This document shows, in pieces, positions 1-9,745 of a stretch of DNA of 64,000 nucleotides. The stretch comes from an uncultured Acidobacteriota bacterium (lineage in GTDB: Bacteria; Acidobacteriota; Vicinamibacteria; Vicinamibacterales; UBA2999): positions 4,358,638 to 4,422,637 of the forward strand of contig CAVPVV010000003.1 of the NCBI GenBank assembly GCA_963709325.1. The letters run 5' to 3'. Under the pieces are notes generated by a model. It was given only the letters and a program-made list of their open reading frames with translations. It did not search any database and was not told the DNA's origin. The translations under genes and the position numbers were made by a program. The stretch's first letter is position 1. Each line of letters begins with the position of its first letter.

Positions 1-1580
1 TCGTCAACCGCCGCCTGGAGTTGACGTCGATGCATCGCGACGGGCGCGAGATCCCGATCGAGATCACGATTACGTCGCCGATGCCGCTCGGCAAGGGGTA
101 CTTCTTCGGGGCATTCCTGCGCGACATCTCGGATCGCATCGAGCAGGAGGCGCAGCTGCGGACCGCCAAGGATTCGGCCGAAGCCGCAACCCGCGCGAAG
201 AGCGAGTTCCTGGCGAATATGAGCCACGAGTTGCGGACGCCGCTCAATGGCGTCCTTGGCTACACCCAACTGCTGCAGCGTGACCGCGGCCTGCGGCCCG
301 GCCAGCGCGAGGCGCTCGAAGCCATCGCCAAGTGCGGTTCTCACCTGCTCGAGCTGATCAACGACGTCCTGGATCTTTCGCGGATCGAGGCGGGCCGCGT
401 CGATATCGAGGCGACGACCACGGATCTCGTGCAGCTGCTGATCGATCTCAAATACGTGGTTGCCGAGGCGGCGCGGCAGAAGGGCCTGCTGCTGTCGATG
501 ACCATCGCCCCCGGAGTGCCGCGGCGGGTCGTCCTCGACGGCCGCCACCTGCGGCAGGTACTGCTCAACCTGCTCGGCAACGCAGTCAAGTTCACCGTCC
601 AGGGTGAGGTGCGGCTCACGATCGAAGCGATCGACGACGCCCGGCTGTACTTCGAGGTCAGCGACACCGGCATCGGCATCGAAGCCGAGGCACTCACGAG
701 GATTTTCGAGGCGTTCAACCAGACCCGCGAAGGTGCCGCCGCCGGCGGCACCGGTCTGGGACTGGCGATCAGCCGTCGCCTGATCCAGACGATGGGCGAC
801 GAGCTGAAGGTGGTGAGCACGCCCGGGCAGGGGAGCCGATTCTATTTTGCGCTGCCACTGGTCAAGCCGACCGACGACTGGATTTCGGCCGACGAGCCGG
901 AGACCGCGATGGAGCCGTCGCTCGACGCGCGGCTCGCCCCCGGCGAGGACCTCACCGCTGTCGTCGCCGACGACAGCACCGTCAACCGGCGCATTCTCGC
1001 CCGGCTGCTCGAGAGCGCGGGTGTACGGGTCATCACCGCCGCGGGCGGCAACGAGGCGCTCCGCCTCGCCCGCGAGCACCGCCCCGACGTGGTCTTCATG
1101 GACCTCCGCATGGGTGACATGGACGGCCTCGAGACGACGCGGCGCATCAAGGCGGATCCGACGATCTGGACCATTCCGGTCATCGCCGTTACCGCCAGCG
1201 CCTTCGGCGACACCCGCGAGGCCGCGAGGACGGCGGGATGCATCGCCTACCTCTCGAAGCCGGTGCGTGCCGAATCGCTCTTCGCAGCGCTGCACGAACA
1301 CCTCGGCGTGCAGTTCGAGTCCAGCGCCAAGCCGGCGCCGGTGGAGGAACCCGAAGTCTCCGATCACTCCCGGCGCATGGCGCTCGCGCTCCGGCTTCAC
1401 GATGCCGCGGCCATCGGCAGCGTCACCGATCTCGAAGCGCTGGCCCAGGAGCTGGCAGTCGGCGATCCGGCAGAAGCCGGGCTGGGGCGGCAGATCGCGC
1501 GGCTCGCGGCGCAGTTCGACTTCGACGAGCTCCGCGCGCTGGCCCGGCGCCTGGCCGGCGAGGCCAGCGAAACGCGATGA
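1..1580 (+). CDS. hybrid sensor histidine kinase/response regulator, 5' end cut by window edge (PAS tail, HisKA, HATPase_c, REC, Hpt-like tail)
   Basis: Frame of ORF 21..1580 stays open to the window start. Motifs seen: H-box FLANMSHELRTPLNG, N-box NLLGNAVKFT, G-boxes DTGIGI and GTGLGLAIS, receiver VVFMDLRMGDMDG...LSKP. The C-terminal LRLHDAAAIG helix looks Hpt-like. Confidence 0.9.
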   Translation, partial: VNRRLELTSMHRDGREIPIEITITSPMPLGKGYFFGAFLRDISDRIEQEAQLRTAKDSAEAATRAKSEFLANMSHELRTPLNGVLGYTQLLQRDRGLRPGQREALEAIAKCGSHLLELINDVLDLSRIEAGRVDIEATTTDLVQLLIDLKYVVAEAARQKGLLLSMTIAPGVPRRVVLDGRHLRQVLLNLLGNAVKFTVQGEVRLTIEAIDDARLYFEVSDTGIGIEAEALTRIFEAFNQTREGAAAGGTGLGLAISRRLIQTMGDELKVVSTPGQGSRFYFALPLVKPTDDWISADEPETAMEPSLDARLAPGEDLTAVVADDSTVNRRILARLLESAGVRVITAAGGNEALRLAREHRPDVVFMDLRMGDMDGLETTRRIKADPTIWTIPVIAVTASAFGDTREAARTAGCIAYLSKPVRAESLFAALHEHLGVQFESSAKPAPVEEPEVSDHSRRMALALRLHDAAAIGSVTDLEALAQELAVGDPAEAGLGRQIARLAAQFDFDELRALARRLAGEASETR

Positions 1581-2720
1581 TCGTGCCGGAGACCGCCACG
1601 ATCCTCGTGGTGGACGACAGCCCCGTCAACCTCCAGGTCCTCGTCCGGACGCTTCAGGCGAGCGGGCACCGCATTCTCGCGGCCCGCAACGGCAAGGCCG
1701 CGCTCGAGATCGCCGAGCGGGCGAGGCCCGACCTGATTCTGCTCGACCTGATGATGCCGGAGATGGACGGCTTCGAGGTGTGCCGGGCCTTGAAGTCACG
1801 GCCGGACACGCGCGAGTCGGTCGTCATCTTCCTGTCGGCGCTCGGTGAGGTGTCGGAAAAGGTGTCGGGACTCAGCCTCGGCGCCGCCGACTACATCACC
1901 AAGCCGATCCAGGCCGAAGAAGTGCTGGCCCGCGTGCAAAGCCATCTCACGCGGCAGTACTCTGGAGCGCGAGCTGCGCCGCAGCCGCGATCGGCTGGAC
2001 CGAGAGCTGGCCACTGCCGCCGACATGCAGCGCCGCCTGCTGCCGCCGCGGATGCCGGTCCATCCAGGCGTGGAGTTTGCCGCCTTCTATCAGACGAGCC
2101 GGCATGCCGGCGGCGACTACTACGACGTCATTCCCCTGGACGGCCATCGGTTTGCGGTCGTCGTCGCCGACGTGTCGGGTCATGGCGCGCCGGCGGCGAT
2201 TGTGATGGCGATGATCCGCGCCGTGCTCCACACCTGCGGCCCGATGCTCGCCGACCCGCCGGCGGTGCTCCAGCACGTCAACCGCCACTTCGAGTTCCTC
2301 TGGGACTCGGCGATGTTCGCTACCGCCGTGTACGGCGTGCTCGACGTCGAGCGCCGGAGCTGGCGTTCGATCCGCGCCGGTCACCCGCCGCCGCTGCTGA
2401 TCCGGCCGGGAGGCCCGGTGTCGCGCGCGAAGGCGGGAGAGGCGCAGATGCTCCTGTTCGGTGAGTTGGAAGATCTCCACGCCGAAGAACAGGAGTTACG
2501 CCCCGGAGACCGGCTCGTCCTTTACACCGACGGCCTGACCGATCGCCAAGGCCCCGACGGGCAGTTCTACGAGGCCGATCGCCTCTCGGCGACGCTCGAG
2601 CGGGCGGCGGCGCTCACGCCGGCGTCGCTGCTCGAACGGCTGGTCGTTGACGTCGAGGCGTTCACCGGCGGCCGCGAGGCCGACGACGATCAGACAGTGT
2701 TGGCGGTGGGTCTCCGCTAG
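1577..2720 (+). CDS. response regulator with REC plus PP2C/SpoIIE phosphatase domain (RsbU-like), split by an apparent +1 frameshift near 1958-1962
   Basis: The ATG at 1577 overlaps the kinase stop (ATGA). REC motifs ILVVDDSPVNL and LILLDLMMPEMDG lie in frame 2. The SpoIIE domain (GGDYYDV, VVVADVSGHGAPAA, LVLYTDGL) lies in frame 3 (ORF 1845..2720). The span is 3n+1 nt. Confidence 0.85.
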
Positions 2721-2905
2721 CCACGCTTCAGACTCCAGGCTTCGGGCTTCAGACCTGTCACGCATGCGAATCATGCATCTGGCGCATGGGACCGTTGCGT
2801 CGCGCAACTTGAATCAGCTGCCGATCCGCCTGGCCTGAGGAGAAGCCTGAGCCGAACGCCAATCCGCGAGCCTGAAGCCTGAAGGCTAAAGCCTGAAGCC
2901 TGCTG
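2721..2905. repeat. inverted word-repeat element (GCTTCAG / GCCTGAAGC words) filling the spacer after the REC-PP2C gene
   Basis: Left arm 2725-2755 matches the reverse complement of right arm about 2870-2902 at 22 of 28 positions by hand alignment. The interior carries the GTTGCGtcgCGCAAC hairpin. Confidence 0.6.
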
Positions 2906-2916
2906 TTCGCCCGGCC

Positions 2917-2922
2917 TATAAT
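2917..2922 (+). promoter_or_regulatory. TATAAT -10-like box 9 nt upstream of the ATG at 2932 (possible leaderless transcript)
   Basis: Exact TATAAT in a high-GC context. The same TATAATTCyCC plus 9-nt spacing is seen at 37700. Confidence 0.3.
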
Positions 2923-2931
2923 TCTCCTTAT

Positions 2932-4729
2932 ATGCAGCGGACCGACGTCGGGAAGCCGGACTACTACCACAAGGTCGTCGACTGCCAGTGGGCCTGCCCT
3001 GCGCACACGAACGTGCCTGAATACATCCGGTTGATCGCGCAGGGGCGCTTCAGCGATGCCTACATCGTCAATCGGGAGTCGAACGTCTTTCCGGGGATTC
3101 TCGGCCGGACCTGCGACCGGCCCTGCGAGCCGGCGTGCCGCCGCACGCGCGTCGACGGAAAGCCCGTTGCCATCTGCCGTCTGAAGCGGGTCGCCGCGGA
3201 TCACAAGGACGACATCCGGGATCGGCTGCCGACCGCCCCGGCCGAGAAGAACGGGAAGAAGGTTGCGCTGATCGGCGCCGGACCCGCCTCGCTGACCGTG
3301 GCCAACGACCTGATGCCGCTCGGCTACCAGTGCACCGTCTTCGAGAAGGGGCCACGCCCCGGCGGCCTGATGCGCATCAACATCCCGGCGTTCCGCCTGC
3401 CCGAGGAAGTGCTCGACGAAGAGATCGGCTACATCACCGGCATGGGCGTGGAGGTGAAGTACGACACGCCGGTCACGAGCCTGCGCGGGCTGGTCGACTC
3501 GAGGGAATACGACGCGGTATTCGTCGGCAGCGGCGCCCCGAAGGGGAAGGAGCTGGAGCTGCCCGGCCGCCGCGACACGGATCAGATCTTCATCGGCATC
3601 GAGTGGCTGGAGTCGATTCATTTCGGTCACGTGGACACGGTCGGCAAGCGGGTGCTGATCATCGGGGTCGGCAACACCGCGATGGACTGCTGCCGCTCGG
3701 CCAAGCGGCTCGGCGCCACCGACGTCAAGGTCATCGCCCGCAAGACCCGGAAGTACTTCAAGGCCTCGCCCTGGGAGCTGGAGGACGCCGAGGAAGAGCG
3801 CGTCCAGATTCTCGAGAACCACTCCCCGGTCCGCTTCATCGTCGAGAACGGCCGGTTGACCGGGATGGAGTTCGATACGTTCACCGCGCATGAAGAGCAG
3901 GGCAAGCTGGTTCAGCAGCCGGCGGGCCGCACGATCGTCCCGTGCGACACGGTCATCCTCGCGATCGGCCAGGAGAACGCGTTCCCGTGGATTGAACGGG
4001 ACATGGGGCTGCAGTTCGACAAGTGGGACATGCCGGTCGTGGACAAGGTGACCCACATGTCCACGCGGCCGGGGGTGTTCTTCGGCGGCGACGCGGCGTT
4101 CGGCCCGGCCAACATCATCTGGGCGGTCGCGCACGGCCACCAGGCGGCGATTTCGATCCACAACCACTGCCAGGGCATCGCCGTCACGGAGCGTCCGCCC
4201 GACGGGCAGACGCTGACCAGCACCAAGATGGGGCTGCACGAGTGGGCCTACAGCAACAACTACGACCCGGTCGCGCGCCAGAAGATGCACCACGTCGAGA
4301 TGCCGCTGCGCTTCTCGAAGATGACGATCGAGGTCGAGCAGGGCTTTACCGCCGAGCAGACGAAACACGAGGTGGAGCGGTGCCTCAACTGCGACGTCGA
4401 GACGCACTTCACCGACTCGCTGTGCATCGAGTGCGACGCCTGCATCGACATCTGCCCGGTGGACTGCCTGACCATCATTCCCAACGCGCGACGAGCCCGA
4501 CCTGCGCGAGCGCCTGATGGCGCCGGCGGACAACCTCGAGCAGGCGCTGTTCGCCTCCGGACCGTTGAAGCAGACCGGCCGCGTGATGGTGAAGGACGAA
4601 AACGTCTGCCTGCACTGCGGACTGTGCGCCGAGCGCTGCCCGACCTACGCGTGGGACATGCGGAAATTCGTGCTGCAGCAGCCGTACGCCGGGGTGACCT
4701 TTATTCCGCTTGAAGCCGTCGGGCGTTAG
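2932..4729 (+). CDS. GltD-like NAD(P)H-dependent flavoprotein oxidoreductase with C-terminal 2x[4Fe-4S] ferredoxin domain, split by an apparent +1 frameshift near 4486-4490
   Basis: N-terminal Cys cluster region (CPAHTNVPEY, CDRPCEPAC) and dinucleotide fold VALIGAGPASL. First cluster CIECDACIDICP is in frame 1. Second cluster CLHCGLCAERCP is in ORF 4517..4729 (frame 2). The span is 3n+1. Confidence 0.85.
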
Positions 4730-4768
4730 CCGCTCCGGCTCCCGACTCCCGACAGCGACCGAGTTCTT

Positions 4769-6568
4769 ATGAGTCAGACCAACGATTTCGCGTTCAAGAT
4801 CGCCACGGCCAACGGCACCGGCTCGGCCAGCGCCAACGGCCTCATCATGCAGGCGATCTTCCGGATGGGCGTTCCGGTGACCGGGAAGAACGTCTTCCCG
4901 TCGAACATTCAAGGGCTGCCCACGTGGTACGAAATTCGGGTCAGCAAGGACGGCTACACCGCCCGCACCCCGGTCTTCGACCTGATGGTCGCGCTCAACC
5001 CGGCCACCTACGCGAAGGACATCGCCGAGGTGCGCGCCGGCGGCTGGCTGCTCTACGACTCGACGTGGCCGCTCGACGACGAGCTGAGGCGGCCGGACGT
5101 CACCTACCTGGGCGTGCCGCTCGCCGAGATGTGCAACGCCGCCTTCAAGGGCGTGCGCGAGCGCATCCTGATGAAGAACATCGCCTACGCCGGCGCCCTG
5201 GCGGCGCTCGTCGACATCGATCCCGAGGTCATCCGGGCGCTGACCAGGGAGAAGTTCTCGAAGAAGCAGTCTCTTCTCGATTCGAACGACAAGGCCATCG
5301 CGCTGGGCTACGACTTTGCGCGGAAGGCCTTTCAGTGCCCGCTGCCGATCCGGCTCGAGACGATGGACGCGACGAAGGACAGCATCCTGATCGACGGCAA
5401 CACCGCAGCCGGCCTCGGCGCCGTGTTCGCCGGCGCAACCGTCGGCGCGTGGTACCCGATCACGCCGTCGACATCGCTGATGGAAGCCTTCAAGGGGTTC
5501 TGCCAGAAGTACCGGCGCGACGAGGCGACGAAGAAGAACAAGTTCGCCATCATCCAGGCCGAGGACGAGCTCGCCGCGGTCGGCATCGTCATCGGCGCCT
5601 CGTGGGCGGGGGCGCGGGCGTTCACGCCGACCTCCGGCCCCGGCATTTCGCTGATGAATGAGTTCATCGGGCTGGCCTACTACGCCGAGGTGCCGGCGGT
5701 GCTGTTCGACGTGCAGCGGGCCGGCCCGTCCACCGGCATGCCGACGCGAACGCAGCAATGCGATCTGCTGCTGGCGGCCTACGCCTCGCACGGCGACACG
5801 CGGCATATCTGTCTGTACCCCTCGGATCCGCGAGAAGCATTCGAGATGGCTTGGAAGGCGTTCGACCTCGCCGAGCGCTTCCAGACCCCGGTGTTCGTGC
5901 TGAGCGATCTCGATATCGGCATGAACGACTGGATGGTGCCGCGGTTGCAGTGGGACGACAGCTACCGGCCGGATCGTGGCAAGGTGCTCTCGGCCGCGGA
6001 GCTCGAGCAGGCGAAGAGCTTCTCGCGTTATCTCGACGTGGACGGCGACGGCATCCCGTACCGCACCGTGCCCGGCGAGCACCCGAAGGGGGCGTACTTC
6101 ACCCGCGGTTCGGGCCACAACAAGTTCGGCGCCTACACCGAGGATGCCGACGAGTATCAGGAAGTGGTCGATCGCCTGGCCCGGAAGATCCAAAGCGCGG
6201 CCCGAGCCGTGCCGGCGCCGTTTGTCCGCAAGGCGGCCTCGTCCACGAAGCTGGGGCTGCTCAGCATCGGCGGCTGCCACGCCGCGTGCATGGAAGCACT
6301 CGACCAGATGGCAAAGGACGGAATCGCGCTGGACTACCTGCGGGTCCGCGGCTTCCCCTTCAGCGAAGAGGTGCGGAACTTCGTCCACCAGCACGACGTG
6401 ACGTTCGTGGTCGAGCAGAACCGCGACGCGCAGCTGCGTTCGCTGCTGCAGCTCGAGACCGGCGTCTCGATTGAGAAGCTCGAATCGGTCCGCTACTACG
6501 CGGGCTTCCCGATGAGCGCGCACCACGTCGTCTCCGGCGTGAAGGCGAAGCTCGAGGTGGCGGCATGA
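4769..6568 (+). CDS. korA: 2-oxoacid:ferredoxin (acceptor) oxidoreductase subunit alpha (fused gamma-alpha type)
   Basis: 599-aa intact ORF. It has an N-terminal gamma-like domain (KIATANGTGSASANG) followed by the alpha/pyrimidine-binding region. The stop overlaps the beta subunit start. Confidence 0.9.
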   Translation: MSQTNDFAFKIATANGTGSASANGLIMQAIFRMGVPVTGKNVFPSNIQGLPTWYEIRVSKDGYTARTPVFDLMVALNPATYAKDIAEVRAGGWLLYDSTWPLDDELRRPDVTYLGVPLAEMCNAAFKGVRERILMKNIAYAGALAALVDIDPEVIRALTREKFSKKQSLLDSNDKAIALGYDFARKAFQCPLPIRLETMDATKDSILIDGNTAAGLGAVFAGATVGAWYPITPSTSLMEAFKGFCQKYRRDEATKKNKFAIIQAEDELAAVGIVIGASWAGARAFTPTSGPGISLMNEFIGLAYYAEVPAVLFDVQRAGPSTGMPTRTQQCDLLLAAYASHGDTRHICLYPSDPREAFEMAWKAFDLAERFQTPVFVLSDLDIGMNDWMVPRLQWDDSYRPDRGKVLSAAELEQAKSFSRYLDVDGDGIPYRTVPGEHPKGAYFTRGSGHNKFGAYTEDADEYQEVVDRLARKIQSAARAVPAPFVRKAASSTKLGLLSIGGCHAACMEALDQMAKDGIALDYLRVRGFPFSEEVRNFVHQHDVTFVVEQNRDAQLRSLLQLETGVSIEKLESVRYYAGFPMSAHHVVSGVKAKLEVAA

Positions 6569-7620
6569 CGTATATCGCGAAACCCAGGGTTCACCATCCG
6601 TCGCTGCAGAAGAACGCGATCGGGCTGACGCGCCGCGACTACGAGGGCGCGATCACCACGCTCTGCGCCGGGTGCGGCCACGACTCGATCACCGCGGCGA
6701 TCATCCAGGCGTTCTGGGACCTGTCGATTCCGCCGCACACGGTGGCCAAGCTCTCGGGCATCGGCTGCTCGTCGAAAACCCCGGCCTATTTCCTGCGAGA
6801 AGCCCACGGCTTCAATAGCGTGCACGGGCGCATGCCGGCGATTGCGACCGGCGCCGGCGCGGCCAACGGTGGGCTGATGATGATCGGCGTGTCGGGCGAC
6901 GGCGACTCGCTGTCGATCGGCATCGGCCAGCTCTCGCACGCCATCCGCCGTAACGTGAACATGCTCTACGTGCTCGAGAACAACGGCGTCTACGGGCTGA
7001 CCAAGGGCCAGTTCTCGGCATCGGCCGATCCCGGCTCGACCAGCAAGAAGGGCGAAGTGAACGCGATGGAGGCGATCGACGGCGTGCTCCTCGCGCTCAC
7101 GCTCGGGGCCACGTTCGTGGCGCGGAGCTTCTCGGGCGACAAGGCGCAGCTGGTGCCGCTGATCAAGGCCGGGCTGACCCACAAGGGCTTCGCGTTCGTC
7201 GACGTCATCTCGCCGTGCGTGACCTTCAACGACCACGAGGGCTCGACCAAGAGCTACGCCTACACGCGCGAGCACCAGGTGGAAGTGGTCCAGGCCGACT
7301 TCGTCCCGCCCCGCGACGAGATCACCTCGGAGCAGGCGGCGGGCAGCATCAAGAGCGTGATGCTGCACGACGGTAGCTGGGTGAAGCTGCACAAGGTGGC
7401 CGAGGACTACGACGCGACCGACCGGGACCGCGCCTACGCCTACATCCGCGACCGGCAGAAGGCGGGCGAAGTGTTGACCGGGCTGCTCTACATCTCGCCG
7501 GACTCGAAGGACATGGTGGCGCAGAACGAGCTGGTCGACGCGCCGCTCTACAACCTGCCGTTCGACCAGCTCTGCCCGGGCAACGGGGAGCTGCAGAAGC
7601 TGCAACAGCGCTTCCGCTAG
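6565..7620 (+). CDS. korB: 2-oxoacid:ferredoxin oxidoreductase subunit beta (TPP-binding)
   Basis: ATGA overlap with korA. Motifs CAGCGHDSI and GVSGDGDSLSIG (TPP GDG motif). Confidence 0.9.
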   Translation: MTYIAKPRVHHPSLQKNAIGLTRRDYEGAITTLCAGCGHDSITAAIIQAFWDLSIPPHTVAKLSGIGCSSKTPAYFLREAHGFNSVHGRMPAIATGAGAANGGLMMIGVSGDGDSLSIGIGQLSHAIRRNVNMLYVLENNGVYGLTKGQFSASADPGSTSKKGEVNAMEAIDGVLLALTLGATFVARSFSGDKAQLVPLIKAGLTHKGFAFVDVISPCVTFNDHEGSTKSYAYTREHQVEVVQADFVPPRDEITSEQAAGSIKSVMLHDGSWVKLHKVAEDYDATDRDRAYAYIRDRQKAGEVLTGLLYISPDSKDMVAQNELVDAPLYNLPFDQLCPGNGELQKLQQRFR

Positions 7621-7733
7621 CCCGCCTGAGATTGATCATTCGCCGAGCGTAGTGAGAGATCCTGCGGTGCAAAGCACCGCCCACGCCGGCTCTCCGGCGC
7701 CTGCGGGGCGGAGCCGTGCCCAACGAGCGTGGC

Positions 7734-8387
7734 CTACTGCACCGTCGCGGTCTTGATGTAGTCCAGCTTCGGAAAGCTCTTGATCAGATACGCGTTCCCT
7801 TCGGACTGGATGCGTCCCTGATCAGGGCCCTTGCCGCGCGGCGCGCCTTCGCCGTAGACGGTGCTGATCTTGTCGACGATATCCATGCCCTCGGACACCT
7901 GGCCGATTGGCGCGAAGCCCATCGAATCGAGATTGCTGTTGTCGCGGAAGTTGATGAACACCTGCGTCGTGCGGGTCGAGGGCGAGGCGCCCATCGCGTA
8001 CGTGACATAGCCGCGCTTGTTCGACTGCTTCACCGGATCGGGGGGAATCTGGGCATTGCGCCAGACGGCCGACACGGCCGGGTCGGCGTGAATGCCGAAC
8101 TGCACCATGAAGTTCGGGATGGCGCGGAAGAATCGCGCATCGTTGTAGAACCCGTTCTTCACCAGGTTGAAGAATCGATCGGCGCCGTTGGGCGCCCACG
8201 CCCGCGTCACCTCGACGACGAAGGCGCCGACGCTGGTGTCGAACTTCACTTTGAAGGTGGCGGGGGCCTGAGCCTTGAGCCCGGCCGGGTTCATCAGAGC
8301 CTTGTTGGCGGCCGTCTGTTCGGCGCCCACGGTGACCGCGGCTACGGCGGCGCCGGCCACAAGCAGTGCAGCAAAGTGTCGAATCAC
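7734..8387 (-). CDS. cyclophilin-type peptidyl-prolyl cis-trans isomerase, exported
   Basis: Cyclophilin core FFRAIPNFMVQFG. GTG start at 8387 is preceded by GGAGGA with 5-nt spacing. A signal-like N-terminus follows (IRHFAALLVAGAAVAAV). Confidence 0.85.
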   Translation of the reverse strand: MIRHFAALLVAGAAVAAVTVGAEQTAANKALMNPAGLKAQAPATFKVKFDTSVGAFVVEVTRAWAPNGADRFFNLVKNGFYNDARFFRAIPNFMVQFGIHADPAVSAVWRNAQIPPDPVKQSNKRGYVTYAMGASPSTRTTQVFINFRDNSNLDSMGFAPIGQVSEGMDIVDKISTVYGEGAPRGKGPDQGRIQSEGNAYLIKSFPKLDYIKTATVQ

Positions 8388-8517
8388 GTCTGTCCTCCGG
8401 CCGGCAAGCGTACTATAGGAGCCCATCCACTCGCATCCGTGACGCGCGCGCGGGCCCTTGTGCGCGGCAATTGGATCGACTGGACTGGCCAGCTGTGTTG
8501 AAATCGTCGGACTGAAC

Positions 8518-9711
8518 ATGTGGCGCCTGCTCACCAACCGCCGGGTTCTTCAGGCCGCCGCGGTCATGGGCGTGATGCTCATGATCGCGCTGTGGCCGGA
8601 GGCCATCGACGTCGAGGTCGCCAGCGTCAGTCGCGGCGCACTGGTCGTGACGCTCGATGCTGAGGGAACGACCCGCGTCCATCACCGGCTGGTCGTCACC
8701 GCCCCGGTGTCGGGCACCCTCGAGCCGATCACGCTCGAAGCCGGCAATGGCGTCGAGACCGGGACGACCGTGCTGGCGCGCCTGCGGCCGGATCCGCCGG
8801 CGCCGCTCGATGCCCGCGGCCGGGCCCGCGTCAACGCCGAGGTTTCCGACGCGCGTGATGCCCTCACCGACGCGAAAGAAGCGGAAGATCGCGCCCGGGC
8901 CGCGCTCGAGCAGGCCAACGACGAGCTGCAACGCGAACAGGAAGAGTTCGACGCCGGGCAGACCACCCAGCAATCGCTCGAAGCGCGACGCAATCTTGTG
9001 ACGAGCGCCGAGGAGACGCTGAACGCCGCGCTATACGCCGGCGCGGCAGTGGCGGCGAACCTGGACCGGATACGGTTCCAGTTGCCCGCAAACCGGCCGG
9101 CCCCGCCGGCAAAAGACATCGAGATCGTCGCGCCCGTGGACGGCGTGATCCTTCGCCGGCTTCACGAAGGCGGTGTGCCCGTCCAGGCCGGCGACCCGCT
9201 GCTCGAGATCGGCGACCCGAGCCACGTCGAGATCGTCGCGAACCTGCCGGACAGCGATGCCGCGAAGGTGAAGCCGGGCATGCGCGTCGAAGTCGAGCAC
9301 TGGGGCGGCGATACTCCGCTCCCTGCATGGGTGGAGCGGGTTGAGCTCTCGGGCGCGGTCCGGGGCACCAACGGCACCAACGGCGTGCGCGGCAACGTCA
9401 TCATCGATTTCGAAGACGATCGCGAAGCGTGGCGCGCCATGGGCGACGGCTTTCACGTCGGCGTGCGCATTGCGATCTGGGAGGACGAAGACGTCCGGCG
9501 CGTGCCGATGGCGGCGCTGTTCCACGTCGGCGATCAATGGGCCGTCTTCGTCGTCCAGAACGGCCGCGCCCACCGAACGATTGTCGATATCGGCGTGCAC
9601 ACGGCAACCGACGCCGAGGTGCGCAACGGCCTCCGCGCCGGCCAGCAGGTCGTGTTGAGCCCGCCTGACACGCTCACCGACAATGCGCGCGTCGCGGTCC
9701 GCGACGAGTAG
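8518..9711 (+). CDS. HlyD-family membrane fusion (periplasmic adaptor) protein, no adjacent pump genes
   Basis: N-terminal membrane anchor, a coiled-coil stretch (EAEDRARAALEQANDELQREQEEF) and beta-barrel tail typical of efflux adaptor proteins. Start chosen at the MWRLL Met. Confidence 0.75.
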   Translation: MWRLLTNRRVLQAAAVMGVMLMIALWPEAIDVEVASVSRGALVVTLDAEGTTRVHHRLVVTAPVSGTLEPITLEAGNGVETGTTVLARLRPDPPAPLDARGRARVNAEVSDARDALTDAKEAEDRARAALEQANDELQREQEEFDAGQTTQQSLEARRNLVTSAEETLNAALYAGAAVAANLDRIRFQLPANRPAPPAKDIEIVAPVDGVILRRLHEGGVPVQAGDPLLEIGDPSHVEIVANLPDSDAAKVKPGMRVEVEHWGGDTPLPAWVERVELSGAVRGTNGTNGVRGNVIIDFEDDREAWRAMGDGFHVGVRIAIWEDEDVRRVPMAALFHVGDQWAVFVVQNGRAHRTIVDIGVHTATDAEVRNGLRAGQQVVLSPPDTLTDNARVAVRDE

Positions 9712-9725
9712 CGCGCGTGGGCACC

Positions 9726-9745
9726 AGGCTTCAGGCTTGAAGCCT
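9726..9745. terminator. 8-bp hairpin AGGCTTCA-ggct-TGAAGCCT between convergent genes, same word as element at 2721-2905
   Basis: Perfect 8-bp stem with 4-nt loop. It overlaps the stop of the minus-strand gene. No U-tract. Confidence 0.4.

Noticed and set aside
2758-4533. Very long ORFs antisense to recognised genes. Examples: 2758..4533, 4475..6526, 6496..7605, 11602..13278, 15755..17404, 28821..29966, 34000..35205, 42667..44004, 46103..48220, 48471..49988, 56925..59462 and 62160..63854.
   Set aside because: These are typical high-GC shadow ORFs. They have Arg/Ala/Gly/Pro-rich low-complexity translations with no motifs, and each overlaps a gene on the other strand that carries clear conserved domains.
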